The position numbers were made by a program, and so were the translations under genes. From Vicinamibacterales bacterium (GTDB lineage Bacteria; Acidobacteriota; Vicinamibacteria; Vicinamibacterales; CAVVIG01): a stretch of 64,000 nt of DNA. The stretch lies in the NCBI GenBank assembly GCA_035534615.1, contig DATLRO010000101.1:23510-87509 (forward strand). The letters are read 5' to 3'. Under the pieces are notes generated by a model. It was not told the DNA's origin. It saw only the letters and a program-made list of their open reading frames with translations, and did no database searches. Shown here piece by piece: positions 29,508 through 38,410 of the stretch. Position 1 is the stretch's first letter. Each line of letters opens with the position of its first letter.

Positions 29508-29712
29508 GACATTCTCCTTCTTTCACCGTGCTTCGGCTCGGTCGTGACCGCTCGGCGTCGCGCCCCAGCCATCCGACACTCCATGCACACTCCGCGCCGC
29601 TCGATGTCGCGAGGTGCGCCGGGACGCGCTCGGAGAGCGATCGGCCGGAGGCGTGCCGCTGGTACAGACGCCGCCTCCAGGCCGGTGGTCTTCGGTCGGG
29701 CGGCACGGCATG

Positions 29713-29727
29713 TGGCACCACCTTTGC
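29713..29727 (+). promoter_or_regulatory. Sigma54-type -24/-12 promoter match TGGCAC-N5-TTGC upstream of the usp operon
   Basis: tgTGGCACcacctTTGCc read directly, 86 nt upstream of the usp ATG. It is also part of the inverted repeat GTGGCA-N7-TGCCAC (29712..29730), so an operator is an alternative reading. Confidence 0.45.
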
Positions 29728-29812
29728 CACGCTATCGATTGGCCGTGCTCCGACCGTCGGTGGATCGAGCGGCCGGCCACGCGACGCCGGGCCATCTGGT
29801 CTGGAGGGAATC

Positions 29813-30766
29813 ATGATTCCGGCAACTCGGATTCTTTGCCCCATCGATTTCTCGCCGCCGTCACTCCGCGCGCTGCGGACGGCGATCGGCCTGTCGGTGC
29901 TCAACCAGGCGCCGCTGCATGCGTTCACGGTGATCGAGGATCTGTATCACTATGCGGACGCGGCCGTGCCGACCGACGAGGAAATCGGGCGCACACGCGA
30001 AGCCCTGCGCGGCGCCGTGACGGCGGAGCTGCCGGCGGGCGGCCACTGGCTTCCGCAGGTGGAGGTGTCGGTCTGGGTGGGCGCGGCCCACGAAGGGATT
30101 CTGCGGGCGGCGGTCGAGATCGGCGCCGATCTCATCGTCATCGGCACGCACGGCCGCAGCGGTGTCGGCAAGTGGCTGTTCGGCTCGACGACCGAGCGCG
30201 TCCTGCGCACGCCCCCGTGCCCGGTGCTCGCCGTCGGGCGCGGCGACCGGGATCTCGTCCTGCTCCAGCCTGACGCGCCGGTCACGTCGCTGCATCACGT
30301 TCTGGCGGCAACCGACTTCGGCGACGACAGCGGGCGGGCGCTGCAGGTGGCGCAGGACGTCGCCCGGGCGGCCGGGGCCGAGCTGATCGTCGCCCACGTC
30401 ATGCCGCGCCTGTCGGCGATGCTGACGCCGTCGGATGCGACGGTCGCGGTCCAGTACGAAATGGAGGCGCTGGCGGAGATCGAGCAGAAGCTGGCGCGGA
30501 TGATCGCGTCGATGACGGACGTCCGCGCGTCGAGCCGGCTGCTCCGGGGCGCCCCGCACGTCGAGTTGCTCGCGCTTGCCGAGCAGCAGGCGGTCGATCT
30601 CATTGTGATGGGGGCCGTCGGCCGGGGCAATCTGCACCACAATCTCACGGGGCTGACGACGTATCGGGTGCTCAGCCACGCGCCGTGCGCGGTCCTGGTG
30701 CTGCCGAGCGCGCATCAGGTGCAGAGTGCGCAGCTGTTATCGCGCGAGTACGCGCTCGGTCTCTGA
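29813..30766 (+). CDS. Tandem universal stress protein (two UspA domains)
   Basis: 317 aa from the internal ATG 29813 (GGAGGG SD). ATP-binding type motif GTHGRSGVGKWLFGSTT in domain 1. Second Usp domain ..IVMGAVGRGNLHHNLTGLTTYRVL. Confidence 0.88.
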   Translation: MIPATRILCPIDFSPPSLRALRTAIGLSVLNQAPLHAFTVIEDLYHYADAAVPTDEEIGRTREALRGAVTAELPAGGHWLPQVEVSVWVGAAHEGILRAAVEIGADLIVIGTHGRSGVGKWLFGSTTERVLRTPPCPVLAVGRGDRDLVLLQPDAPVTSLHHVLAATDFGDDSGRALQVAQDVARAAGAELIVAHVMPRLSAMLTPSDATVAVQYEMEALAEIEQKLARMIASMTDVRASSRLLRGAPHVELLALAEQQAVDLIVMGAVGRGNLHHNLTGLTTYRVLSHAPCAVLVLPSAHQVQSAQLLSREYALGL

Positions 30767-30787
30767 GAAGGACGAGAGGGACACACC

Positions 30788-31240
30788 ATGAGGATTGCCG
30801 AGATCATGAAACCGGCGGTGCAGACGGCGACGGAAGACGAACCGCTCGCCGTCGTGGCCGAGCGGATGCGCGCGAAGAGGATTCATCACCTGGTGGTCAC
30901 GCGCGACGGCGCGCTGGTCGGCGTCCTGTCCGCACGCGACATCGGCCCCGGCGGGGTACCGGCCGGCACGGCGCGCACGGTCGGCGACGCGATGACCGAG
31001 CCGGTCGTCACGGTGACGTCGGACACGCCCCTGCGCCGGGCCGCCAACGTCATGCGCGGCCACATCATCGGCTGTCTGCCCGTGGCCGACGACGGGAAGC
31101 TGGTCGGCATCGTCACGATCTCCGATCTGCTGACCCTGATCGGGAAGGGCCAGGAGCGCCCGATCACGCGCGGCAAGCGCTGGTCGCTGAAGAACCGGGG
31201 CCTGCGGCCGCACCGCAAGCCGCCGGGTCTGGTCCGCTGA
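30788..31240 (+). CDS. CBS domain pair protein
   Basis: 150 aa. IAEIMKP..HHLVVTRDGALVGVLSARDI and ..GCLPVADDGKLVGIVTISDLL are two CBS motifs. Confidence 0.88.
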   Translation: MRIAEIMKPAVQTATEDEPLAVVAERMRAKRIHHLVVTRDGALVGVLSARDIGPGGVPAGTARTVGDAMTEPVVTVTSDTPLRRAANVMRGHIIGCLPVADDGKLVGIVTISDLLTLIGKGQERPITRGKRWSLKNRGLRPHRKPPGLVR

Positions 31241-31419
31241 CGGCTGAGCCGGGCAGGCGGATCATTGCTCCCCGCCCCTGCCCGCGCTACGATCGGACAG
31301 CCGGCAGCCAGCCTGTGGCTGCGGGCGCGGCGCGGCCGGCAGCCACCGCGCGGCGCCCGGCCGCCTGAGCCTCCGGCGGCCGCCGCCACGCCGGCGGTGC
31401 GGCGCGCGGCTGTCGCATC

Positions 31420-32448
31420 ATGGCTGACCCAACCCCCCGCGAACGGATCACGACGCTCTTCTTCTACGCGGCCGTGCTCTGGCTCGGCTATGTGCTGTTC
31501 CGCATCTTCCAGCCCTTTCTCGTCCCGCTGGGCTGGGCCGCCGTGATGGTGATCTTCTTTCACCCGCTGCACCTCCGCCTGCAACGTCGCCTGGGGCCGG
31601 GCCGCGCCGCGGCCGCCAGCACGATCATCGTGACGGTGATCGTCGTCGTGCCGATGTTCCTGGTGGCGGCGGCGTTCGTCCGCGAGACCCTCCAGGCGGC
31701 CGGCGACGTTCAGCACGCGCTGGCGAGCGGCCGCTTCGCCTGGGTGCGGGACGCCTGGCACTGGCTCGAGGCTCACACGCCGCTGATGCCGTCGCTCGAC
31801 CTCCCCGGCATGCTCAACGAGAGCGCCAAGCAGGCCGCCGGCTCGCTGGCGTCGAGCGCCGGCGCCATCCTGCAGAACCTCGTCGTCTTCGTCTTCGACC
31901 TGTTCGTGACGATGTTCGCGGCGTTCTTCCTGTTCCGCGACTCACGCGCGATCATGAACGCCATCCGGCGGATCCTGCCGTTCGAGGACCCGATACGCGA
32001 GCGGATGATCGCGCAGGCGCGCGAGCTGGTCGCCGCCGGCGTCAGCGCGTCGCTCGCCGTCGCCGCCGTCCAGGGCGCGCTCGGCGGCACCGCCTTCGCC
32101 CTCGTCCGGATCGACGCCCCGGTCTTCTGGGGCGTCGTCATGGCGTTCTTCTGCATCCTCCCGCTCGGCGCCTGGGTCGTCTGGCTGCCCGCGGCGGTCT
32201 GGCTGATGATCACCCACCACCTCCTCCGCGGCATCCTCCTGCTCGCGTTCGGGTTCGGGATCGTCAGCCTGGCGGACAATTTCCTGCGGCCGGCGCTGCT
32301 CGCCGGACGCGCCCAGATGAACGGCCTCATCATCTTCATCAGCCTGCTGGGCGGCGTGAGCGTCTTCGGCGTGCTTGGCCTGGTGCTCGGACCGGTGCTC
32401 GTCGCCACCGCCGCCGGCGTGCTCGACGCGTACACGAACGAGCCATGA
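31420..32448 (+). CDS. AI-2E family transporter (PerM/UPF0118)
   Basis: 342 aa. Polytopic protein with the characteristic C-terminal ..LADNFLRP.L.....MNGLIIFISLLGG..FG..GLVLGP. Confidence 0.88.
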   Translation: MADPTPRERITTLFFYAAVLWLGYVLFRIFQPFLVPLGWAAVMVIFFHPLHLRLQRRLGPGRAAAASTIIVTVIVVVPMFLVAAAFVRETLQAAGDVQHALASGRFAWVRDAWHWLEAHTPLMPSLDLPGMLNESAKQAAGSLASSAGAILQNLVVFVFDLFVTMFAAFFLFRDSRAIMNAIRRILPFEDPIRERMIAQARELVAAGVSASLAVAAVQGALGGTAFALVRIDAPVFWGVVMAFFCILPLGAWVVWLPAAVWLMITHHLLRGILLLAFGFGIVSLADNFLRPALLAGRAQMNGLIIFISLLGGVSVFGVLGLVLGPVLVATAAGVLDAYTNEP

Positions 32449-32461
32449 CGGGAGTCGTGCG

Positions 32462-32911
32462 GTGAACCCCTTCCTCGTCAGCCTGCTGGCGAATGCCGTC
32501 GGCCTGTGGGTCGCGGCGCGCTTCGTGCCGGGACTCCTCTGGCAGGGCACCACCGCCGGCCTCGTCGGCGTCGCGATCCTGTTCGGCCTCGTCAACGCGT
32601 TCGTCCGGCCGGAGGCGCAGGGGCAATCGGGGCCGCGCGCGAACCTGACCCTCGGCCTCTCCACGTTCGCCGTCAACGGCCTGATGCTGTGGCTGACCGG
32701 CGCGGTGGGAGGGGTGCTCGGCCTCACGTTCCATGTCGCCGGATTCCTGGCGGCGTGCCTCGGCGCCCTCGTGATCAGCCTCATCAGCACGCCGCTGTCC
32801 GTGCTGGCCCGGGGCCGACGCGCCCGGCCGGGCGGCTCCCCGCCCCGGGACGCGGAGATCGAGGCGCCTGACCGCGGTCATCGGCCGCCGGACGAGCGGG
32901 AGCGATCCTGA
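32462..32911 (+). CDS. Phage holin family IV / DUF360-like membrane protein (divergent)
   Basis: GTG 32462 (GGGAG 8 nt upstream), 13 nt after the AI-2E stop. ..LANAVGLWVAARFVPG...LVNAFVRP....LTLGLSTFAVNGLMLWL.. follows the family pattern except for a polar insert. Confidence 0.65.
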   Translation: MNPFLVSLLANAVGLWVAARFVPGLLWQGTTAGLVGVAILFGLVNAFVRPEAQGQSGPRANLTLGLSTFAVNGLMLWLTGAVGGVLGLTFHVAGFLAACLGALVISLISTPLSVLARGRRARPGGSPPRDAEIEAPDRGHRPPDERERS

Positions 32912-32948
32912 TCGCGCAGCCCGCGCCCTCGGGCCGCGCCGTTGTTCT

Positions 32949-34340
32949 GTGGACGACACGAGCCGGACGGAGGAGAATCAGCGCACCAGCGAGCCAGCCT
33001 GCATGTCCGCCCCGACTCCCGTCCGATCGCGACGCGACCGCCTCCCGCCACGGCTCCTGCCCGTGCTGTACTTCGGGTGTGCCCACGCCGCCCTGCTCAC
33101 GGCATTCGCGCTGACGGCGCTCGAGCCCAGGGCCATTGCCGGCTTCTTCTATCACGACCGCATGGCGGCGCTGGTGCACCTGGTCACGCTCGGCTGGATC
33201 AGTCTGTCGATCCTCGGCGCGCTCTACATCGTCGGGCCCATGGCGCTCCGGATGCCGATGCCGGCCGGCCCGCTCGACTATGGGATCTGGGCGATGCTCG
33301 TGATCGGCATCATCGGCATGGCCAGCCACTTCTGGATCGGCGAGTACGGCGGGATGGCCTGGTCGGCCGGCCTTGCGGCCACGAGCTTCACGCTGATGGC
33401 CGTGCTCGTGCTCCGCCGGCTCCGGCCGGTGCCGCTCGCGCGGCCGGTGAAGCTGCATATCGCGCTCGCCTTTCTGAACGTGCTCGGCGCCGCGACCATG
33501 GGCGTGCTGCTGGCGATCGACAAGGTGCACCACTTCCTGCCCGGCTACGTGCTCACGAACGTCTTCGCGCACGCGCACCTGGCGGCGATCGGCTGGGCCT
33601 GCCTCCTCGTCGTCGGGATGTCGTACCGGCTGCTGCCGATGGTGCTCCCGGCCGCGATGCCCGAGGGCCCCGGGCTGTACGCGAGCGCGGTGCTGCTCGA
33701 GACGGGCGCGGTCGGCCTGTTCTGCGCGCTGCTCGCGGAAAGCCGGCTGACCGTGCTGTTCGGTCTGGTGACGATCGCCGGGTTCGGCGCGTTCTTCCGG
33801 CAGGTCCTCTGGATGCGGCGCCACCCGCGGCCGGCGCCGGCGGGACGCCCGCAGCCCGACTACGGGGTGCGGCACGTGACGGCGGCGTTCGTCTATCTGG
33901 CGCTCGCCTGCGTCACCGGACTGGCGCTCGCCATCAGTCCGCCGTCCGACTGGATGCTGCGCGCGGCGCTGCTCTACGGGATTTTCGCGCTGATCGGCTT
34001 CCTCGCGCAGATCATCGTCGGCATCCAGGCGCGGATCCTGCCGATCTTCGCCTGGTATCACGCGTTCGCCGGCACCGATTTCCAGGGGCCGGTCGACCCG
34101 CCGAACGCGATGACGTGGCCGGCGCTCCAGGAGAAGGCGTTCTACCTGTGGCTGTTCGGCGTGCCGTCGCTCGCCGGCGGCTTCTGCTTCGACGCCATTC
34201 CGTTTCTGGCCGCCGGCGCGTGGATGCTGTTGGCCGCCACCGTCCTGAACGCGATGCACGACGCGCTGATCCTGCGGCACGCGTGGCGGAAGGGCCGGCC
34301 GTCGCAGAATCCGCCATTCCCGTCACGCGTCGTGACGTAA
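32949..34340 (+). CDS. 12-TM integral membrane protein with conserved His motifs, function unknown
   Basis: 463 aa. About 12 hydrophobic helices. HLVTLGW and [12 protein letters not shown] motifs. GC3-rich codons. The start is either ATG 32949 or 33003. Confidence 0.7.
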   Translation: MDDTSRTEENQRTSEPACMSAPTPVRSRRDRLPPRLLPVLYFGCAHAALLTAFALTALEPRAIAGFFYHDRMAALVHLVTLGWISLSILGALYIVGPMALRMPMPAGPLDYGIWAMLVIGIIGMASHFWIGEYGGMAWSAGLAATSFTLMAVLVLRRLRPVPLARPVKLHIALAFLNVLGAATMGVLLAIDKVHHFLPGYVLTNVFAHAHLAAIGWACLLVVGMSYRLLPMVLPAAMPEGPGLYASAVLLETGAVGLFCALLAESRLTVLFGLVTIAGFGAFFRQVLWMRRHPRPAPAGRPQPDYGVRHVTAAFVYLALACVTGLALAISPPSDWMLRAALLYGIFALIGFLAQIIVGIQARILPIFAWYHAFAGTDFQGPVDPPNAMTWPALQEKAFYLWLFGVPSLAGGFCFDAIPFLAAGAWMLLAATVLNAMHDALILRHAWRKGRPSQNPPFPSRVVT

Positions 34341-35258
34341 CCCGTCCCCGACCTCGGTGTGCGACAGCTGCTCCAGCGCCAGCATCAGCGCGTGCGTCCC
34401 GCACCGGCCGTGCCCCTGCGCCTGCACGGCCGTGTAGAGCTGGTGCACCAGCGCCAGCCCCGGCATCGGCAGCTGCATGCGCCGCGCTTCGTCCAGCGCG
34501 ATTCCCATGTCCTTGATGAAGTGATCGACCATGAAGCCGGGATCGAAGTCCCGCTTCAGGATGCGCGGCGCCAGGTTGTCCAGCGTCCAGCATTTGGCGG
34601 CGCCGCCGGCGACCGATCGGAGCATCGTGTCGAGATCGAGGCCAGCCCTGGAGCCGTAGAGCAGCCCCTCGCAGACGCCGATCATCGTCCCGGCAATGAC
34701 GATCTGGTTGCACATCTTCGCGTGCTGCCCGGCGCCCGGGCCGCCCTGGTGCACGATCGTCTTCCCGAGCACGCGCAGCAACGGCATCACCGCGTCGACC
34801 GCCGCCGCGTCGCCGCCGACCATGATCGACAACGTCGCGTTCCGCGCCCCCACGTCGCCGCCCGACACCGGAGCGTCGATCGCGTACGCCCCGATCCGCC
34901 CCGCCGCCTGCGCGATCTCCCGGCTCAGCGTCGGCTCGGTCGTCGTCAGGTCGATGAACACCTGGCCGGCACGGGCGCCGGCCAGCAGGCCGTCCGGCCC
35001 GAGATAGACCTCCCGCACGTCGGGCGGCACGCCGACAATCGTCATGACGACATCCGAGCGCTCAGCGACCATGCCGGGCGTGTCGGCCCAGACGGCGCCG
35101 CGGTCGAGCAGCGGCTGGGCCTTCGCCCGGGTCCGGTTGCACACGGCGAGGGGATGGCCCTTGGCGAGCAGGTGGCCGCACATCGACAGTCCCATGACGC
35201 CGGTGCCGACCCACCCGATCCGGGTGGTGGTCGAGGCGAAGTCCGCGAAGCTGGTCAT
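34323..35258 (-). CDS. NAD(P)-dependent 3-hydroxyisobutyrate/6-phosphogluconate dehydrogenase-like oxidoreductase
   Basis: 311 aa. [17 protein letters not shown] Rossmann motif. HIBADH-family central and C-terminal helices. Confidence 0.88.
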   Translation of the reverse strand: MTSFADFASTTTRIGWVGTGVMGLSMCGHLLAKGHPLAVCNRTRAKAQPLLDRGAVWADTPGMVAERSDVVMTIVGVPPDVREVYLGPDGLLAGARAGQVFIDLTTTEPTLSREIAQAAGRIGAYAIDAPVSGGDVGARNATLSIMVGGDAAAVDAVMPLLRVLGKTIVHQGGPGAGQHAKMCNQIVIAGTMIGVCEGLLYGSRAGLDLDTMLRSVAGGAAKCWTLDNLAPRILKRDFDPGFMVDHFIKDMGIALDEARRMQLPMPGLALVHQLYTAVQAQGHGRCGTHALMLALEQLSHTEVGDGLRHDA

Positions 35259-35440
35259 GCGCTACAGCAGAATGGAAAGCCGCGAGCGCTGTCAAGCGGC
35301 GCCCCACGCGGGGGGCGGTCCGTCCGCCCTGGCGCGAGGTGGACTTTCCAGAATATCGCATGACGATATAGTCTGAATGATCGTGTCGTCGCGTGAACAG
35401 GCCGTGCCGCCGCCGGTGGCGGCCCGGCCGGCAGGAGTCC

Positions 35441-36130
35441 ATGGCTGAATCGATTGAAGCGCTGCTGGCGTCCACCACGCTGTTCCGGAAGCTCCAGGCC
35501 GACGACCGGAGCCGCCTGGCCGAACGGTCGCGGGTGGCGGTCTACGCGCGCGGCGAGACGATTTTCGAGGAAGGGGCGCCGTCCGACTGCTTCTTCACCA
35601 TCGCGCGCGGACGGGTGAAGATCTTCAAGGTGACGCCGGGCGGCAAGGACGTGATCCTGGAGATGTTCGGCCCCGGTGACCCGCTCGGCGCCGTGGCCGC
35701 GTACGAGGGACGGCCCTATCCCGCCTCAGCAGCCGCGATCGAGGACACCACCTGCGTGATGATCCCGCGCGCGGCGCTGTTCGCGCTGCTCGAGGAGCAC
35801 CCGTCGCTCACGCGCGGCCTGCTGCTCGGCCTGACGCAGCGGCTCGTGGAGCTCACCAACCGGATGGCCGAGCTGAGCGGCACCCGCGTCGAGCCGCGCG
35901 TCGCGCGGCTGATGCTGAAGATGGCGGACGACTCCGGTCGGCCCGAGCGGGGCGGCACGTTCATTCCGGGCGCGCTCTCGCGCCAGGAGGTCGCGGATCT
36001 CACCGGCACGACGATCGAGACCTGCATCCGCATCATGAGCCGCTGGGGCAAGCAGGAGATCGTCCGGACGGAAAAGGACGGGTTCCTCATCCTCAACCGC
36101 CAGGCGCTGGAAGACCTGTCGCTGCTGTAG
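35441..36130 (+). CDS. Crp/Fnr family transcriptional regulator
   Basis: 229 aa from the internal ATG 35441 (AGGAG SD). cNMP-binding beta-roll (LFRKL..GETIFEEG...FFTIARGRVKIFK) and a C-terminal HTH (LSRQEVADLTGTTIETCIRIMSRW). No FNR-type N-terminal Cys cluster. Confidence 0.88.
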   Translation: MAESIEALLASTTLFRKLQADDRSRLAERSRVAVYARGETIFEEGAPSDCFFTIARGRVKIFKVTPGGKDVILEMFGPGDPLGAVAAYEGRPYPASAAAIEDTTCVMIPRAALFALLEEHPSLTRGLLLGLTQRLVELTNRMAELSGTRVEPRVARLMLKMADDSGRPERGGTFIPGALSRQEVADLTGTTIETCIRIMSRWGKQEIVRTEKDGFLILNRQALEDLSLL

Positions 36131-36149
36131 CCGGAGGCCGGCAGGACCG

Positions 36150-37775
36150 TCAGCGGCCGCGCGCGTCGCGCAGCAGCTGCCCGGCCGTCCGGAACCGCGG
36201 GGCGATGTCGACCGGCACCGTCGCCAGCCGGGCGAGCATCCGGCGGACGGGCGGGCGGATGACGCCGAGCGTCCCGATCAGGTCGCGGGCCTTCGCGGCG
36301 TCGCCCTCCGCCTGCAGCGTCATGATGTCGCGCGTCAGGGCCCTGACGCCGGCGCGGATCCGCGCGGCGTCGACGCCGAACGTCCCGTCCTTGTGGAGCA
36401 CGAACCCGCCCGCGTCCAGCAGGTAGTTGAGCTGAATCGCCTGGCCCCGGCCGTGCGCTTCGTGAATGCCGAAGCGGATCGAGCGGAACGCCGACGCCAG
36501 GAACGTCGTGTACATCGTCTGCTCGAGCGACGCCGGCAGCACGCCCAGGTCGACGAGGTGCTGCAGGGCGAAGAGCCCCGAGACGTCGGCCTTCGCTTCC
36601 TCGATGGCACTGTAGGTGTCCGTCAGCGCCTGCCGGACGGTCGTGGCGCGTCCGTCGACCGTGATGTCGTGCGGCCCCAGGCCGTGCATCAGTTCGTGCA
36701 TGACCGTGTGCGTGAAGAAGGCGTCGAACGAGACGTGCGGCCGATCGGCCGGCGCCAGCACGACGCGCGAGATCGGCCGCAGCGTGAGGCGGAACTTCGC
36801 CTGCTGCACGTTGCGCAGCATCACCCGCTTCGATCCCTTCTCGCGGATCACCCGCTCGTCGTTCGGCAGGTTGAACGCGGCCGCCTGCACGCCGACGTTC
36901 CCCTCCCCCGCCGCGAAGATTTCGTTCACGACGCGGATCGGCGCCATCGTCCCGAGGCGCGGGTTGCGGAGCGCCGGGGCGATCGGCAGCGCGTGCTCGA
37001 TGGCCTGCAGGTGTGCGCCGAGCATGGCGAGCTTTTCCGTCTCGGCCGCGTCGCGCACGGTGATGTAGGACTCGAACGCCGCCTTGTAATTGAACCAGCC
37101 GTCCTCGTAGACCTCGTACGGCCCGATGGTCGGCTCGATCGTGCCCTCGAGCTCCATCCAGGCGACGTCGCTCGCGTAATAGTCGTTGCTCAGGAACGCG
37201 TCGGCCCGCGCCGCCAGGAACGCCTTCAGCGTCGGCTGCTTCGTCAGCGCGGCCGCCTGGCGCAGCAGCGCGGCCGCCTGCTCGAGCTCGCCCTGATATT
37301 CCAGGCTGTACGGGACGGCCGTGAAGCGGCCGTCCGGCGCCCGCCGGATCGTCGTGAAGAAGCCGGTGGCCTCCGCACGGGCGGCCGGCGGCAGTCCGGC
37401 GATCCACTCGTCCACCGCCGTCTTCGTCGCGCCGGCCGGATAGAAATCGGCCCCGCCCGGCCTGGCCGGCACGCCCGGGATGAACGGCGCCTCGTGATCC
37501 AGACGGCTCCACGGCCCCTTGTTGAGCAGAAACGCCCGCAGGCGCGCCCGGCCGAGCCGCGTCTGGTCCTGCAGGAGGTCGATGAGCATCGTGTCGTTGC
37601 CCGCCCAGACCTGCCGCAGGAACAAGGCGTCCATGACCTGCGACGCCTCGATCAGCCGGGCGAGCACCCGGCGTTCGGACGCCGGCATCCGGGCGAGATC
37701 GGCCGTGAGGTCGACCGGGGCGAAGCGTGCCGTCATCGCCGTGAGGCGGGCGGCATCGGGCATGGCAGCAGGCAT
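36150..37775 (-). CDS. Zn-dependent hydrolase, dipeptidyl-peptidase III (M49)-like family
   Basis: 541 aa from ATG 37773..37775. HELMHGLGPH and EEAKAD motifs resemble the M49 HEXXGH / EEXRAE pair. No signal peptide. Confidence 0.7.
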   Translation of the reverse strand: MPAAMPDAARLTAMTARFAPVDLTADLARMPASERRVLARLIEASQVMDALFLRQVWAGNDTMLIDLLQDQTRLGRARLRAFLLNKGPWSRLDHEAPFIPGVPARPGGADFYPAGATKTAVDEWIAGLPPAARAEATGFFTTIRRAPDGRFTAVPYSLEYQGELEQAAALLRQAAALTKQPTLKAFLAARADAFLSNDYYASDVAWMELEGTIEPTIGPYEVYEDGWFNYKAAFESYITVRDAAETEKLAMLGAHLQAIEHALPIAPALRNPRLGTMAPIRVVNEIFAAGEGNVGVQAAAFNLPNDERVIREKGSKRVMLRNVQQAKFRLTLRPISRVVLAPADRPHVSFDAFFTHTVMHELMHGLGPHDITVDGRATTVRQALTDTYSAIEEAKADVSGLFALQHLVDLGVLPASLEQTMYTTFLASAFRSIRFGIHEAHGRGQAIQLNYLLDAGGFVLHKDGTFGVDAARIRAGVRALTRDIMTLQAEGDAAKARDLIGTLGVIRPPVRRMLARLATVPVDIAPRFRTAGQLLRDARGR

Positions 37776-37834
37776 CGGGATCTCGAACGGACGGCGGACC
37801 CGGCACCCGGGCGGCGCGGCGCGCCGTCCCGGCG

Positions 37835-38410
37835 TCAGTGCACGCCGTGGCTGAGGTGGAGGGCACCCGGGTCGGCGCCCAGCCGCCGGAGGGCGGTTTC
37901 CCACATCGCGTCCTCCGGCGTCTCGAACAGCAGGTCGGCGGTGACACCGATCGTCAGCCAGGCCGACGCCCGCAGCTCGGCATCGAGCTGTCCCGGGCCC
38001 CAGCCGGCGTAGCCGACCAGCAGCCGGGCACGCGGCGGCGACGGTTCCATCAACCGCTTCAGGAGCGCGGGCGACGTCGAGAGGTACAGGCCGTCGGCCA
38101 CCGGCACCGCCTCGACCTCTCCCGGCGCGTCGCCCAGCAGGATCCAGCTCCGCTCCTGATCCACCGGCCCCCCCAGCCAGACCGGCAGGTCCTTCTCGGC
38201 CTTTCCGGCCGGATCGTTCTCGATGACGACACGCGCCGGCGTCGGCAGCCGGCGGTTCACGACGAGGCCGAACGCCCCCTCGGCGCTGTGACGGCACAGC
38301 AGCACGACGCTGTGCGCGAAATTCGGATCGAGCAGCTGCGGCATCGACAGCAGCAGCGCCGGGGCGAGCGAGTCCGTGCCGGGATCGCGGTCTTCCATGA
38401 GGCTCATCAT
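37835..38410 (-). CDS. YqgE/AlgH family protein
   Basis: 191 aa. LLLSMPQLLDPNFAHSVVLLCRHSAEGAFGLVVNR.. and ..GYAGWGPGQLD signatures. The ATG overlaps the queG stop (ATGA). Confidence 0.88.
   Translation of the reverse strand: MMSLMEDRDPGTDSLAPALLLSMPQLLDPNFAHSVVLLCRHSAEGAFGLVVNRRLPTPARVVIENDPAGKAEKDLPVWLGGPVDQERSWILLGDAPGEVEAVPVADGLYLSTSPALLKRLMEPSPPRARLLVGYAGWGPGQLDAELRASAWLTIGVTADLLFETPEDAMWETALRRLGADPGALHLSHGVH

Noticed and set aside
32949-34340. Calling the 12-TM protein a haem-copper oxidase/NOR subunit I
   Set aside because: The HxH motif sits in helix 6, only about 15 residues after an HH pair. Canonical oxidases have HH in helix VII and HxH in helix X, about 85 residues apart. No CuB-type helix VI motif or partner subunits are present.
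34323-34340. 18-nt convergent overlap of the 12-TM gene and the oxidoreductase gene
   Set aside because: Short 3'-3' overlaps are common in compact GC-rich genomes, and no additional signal was seen.
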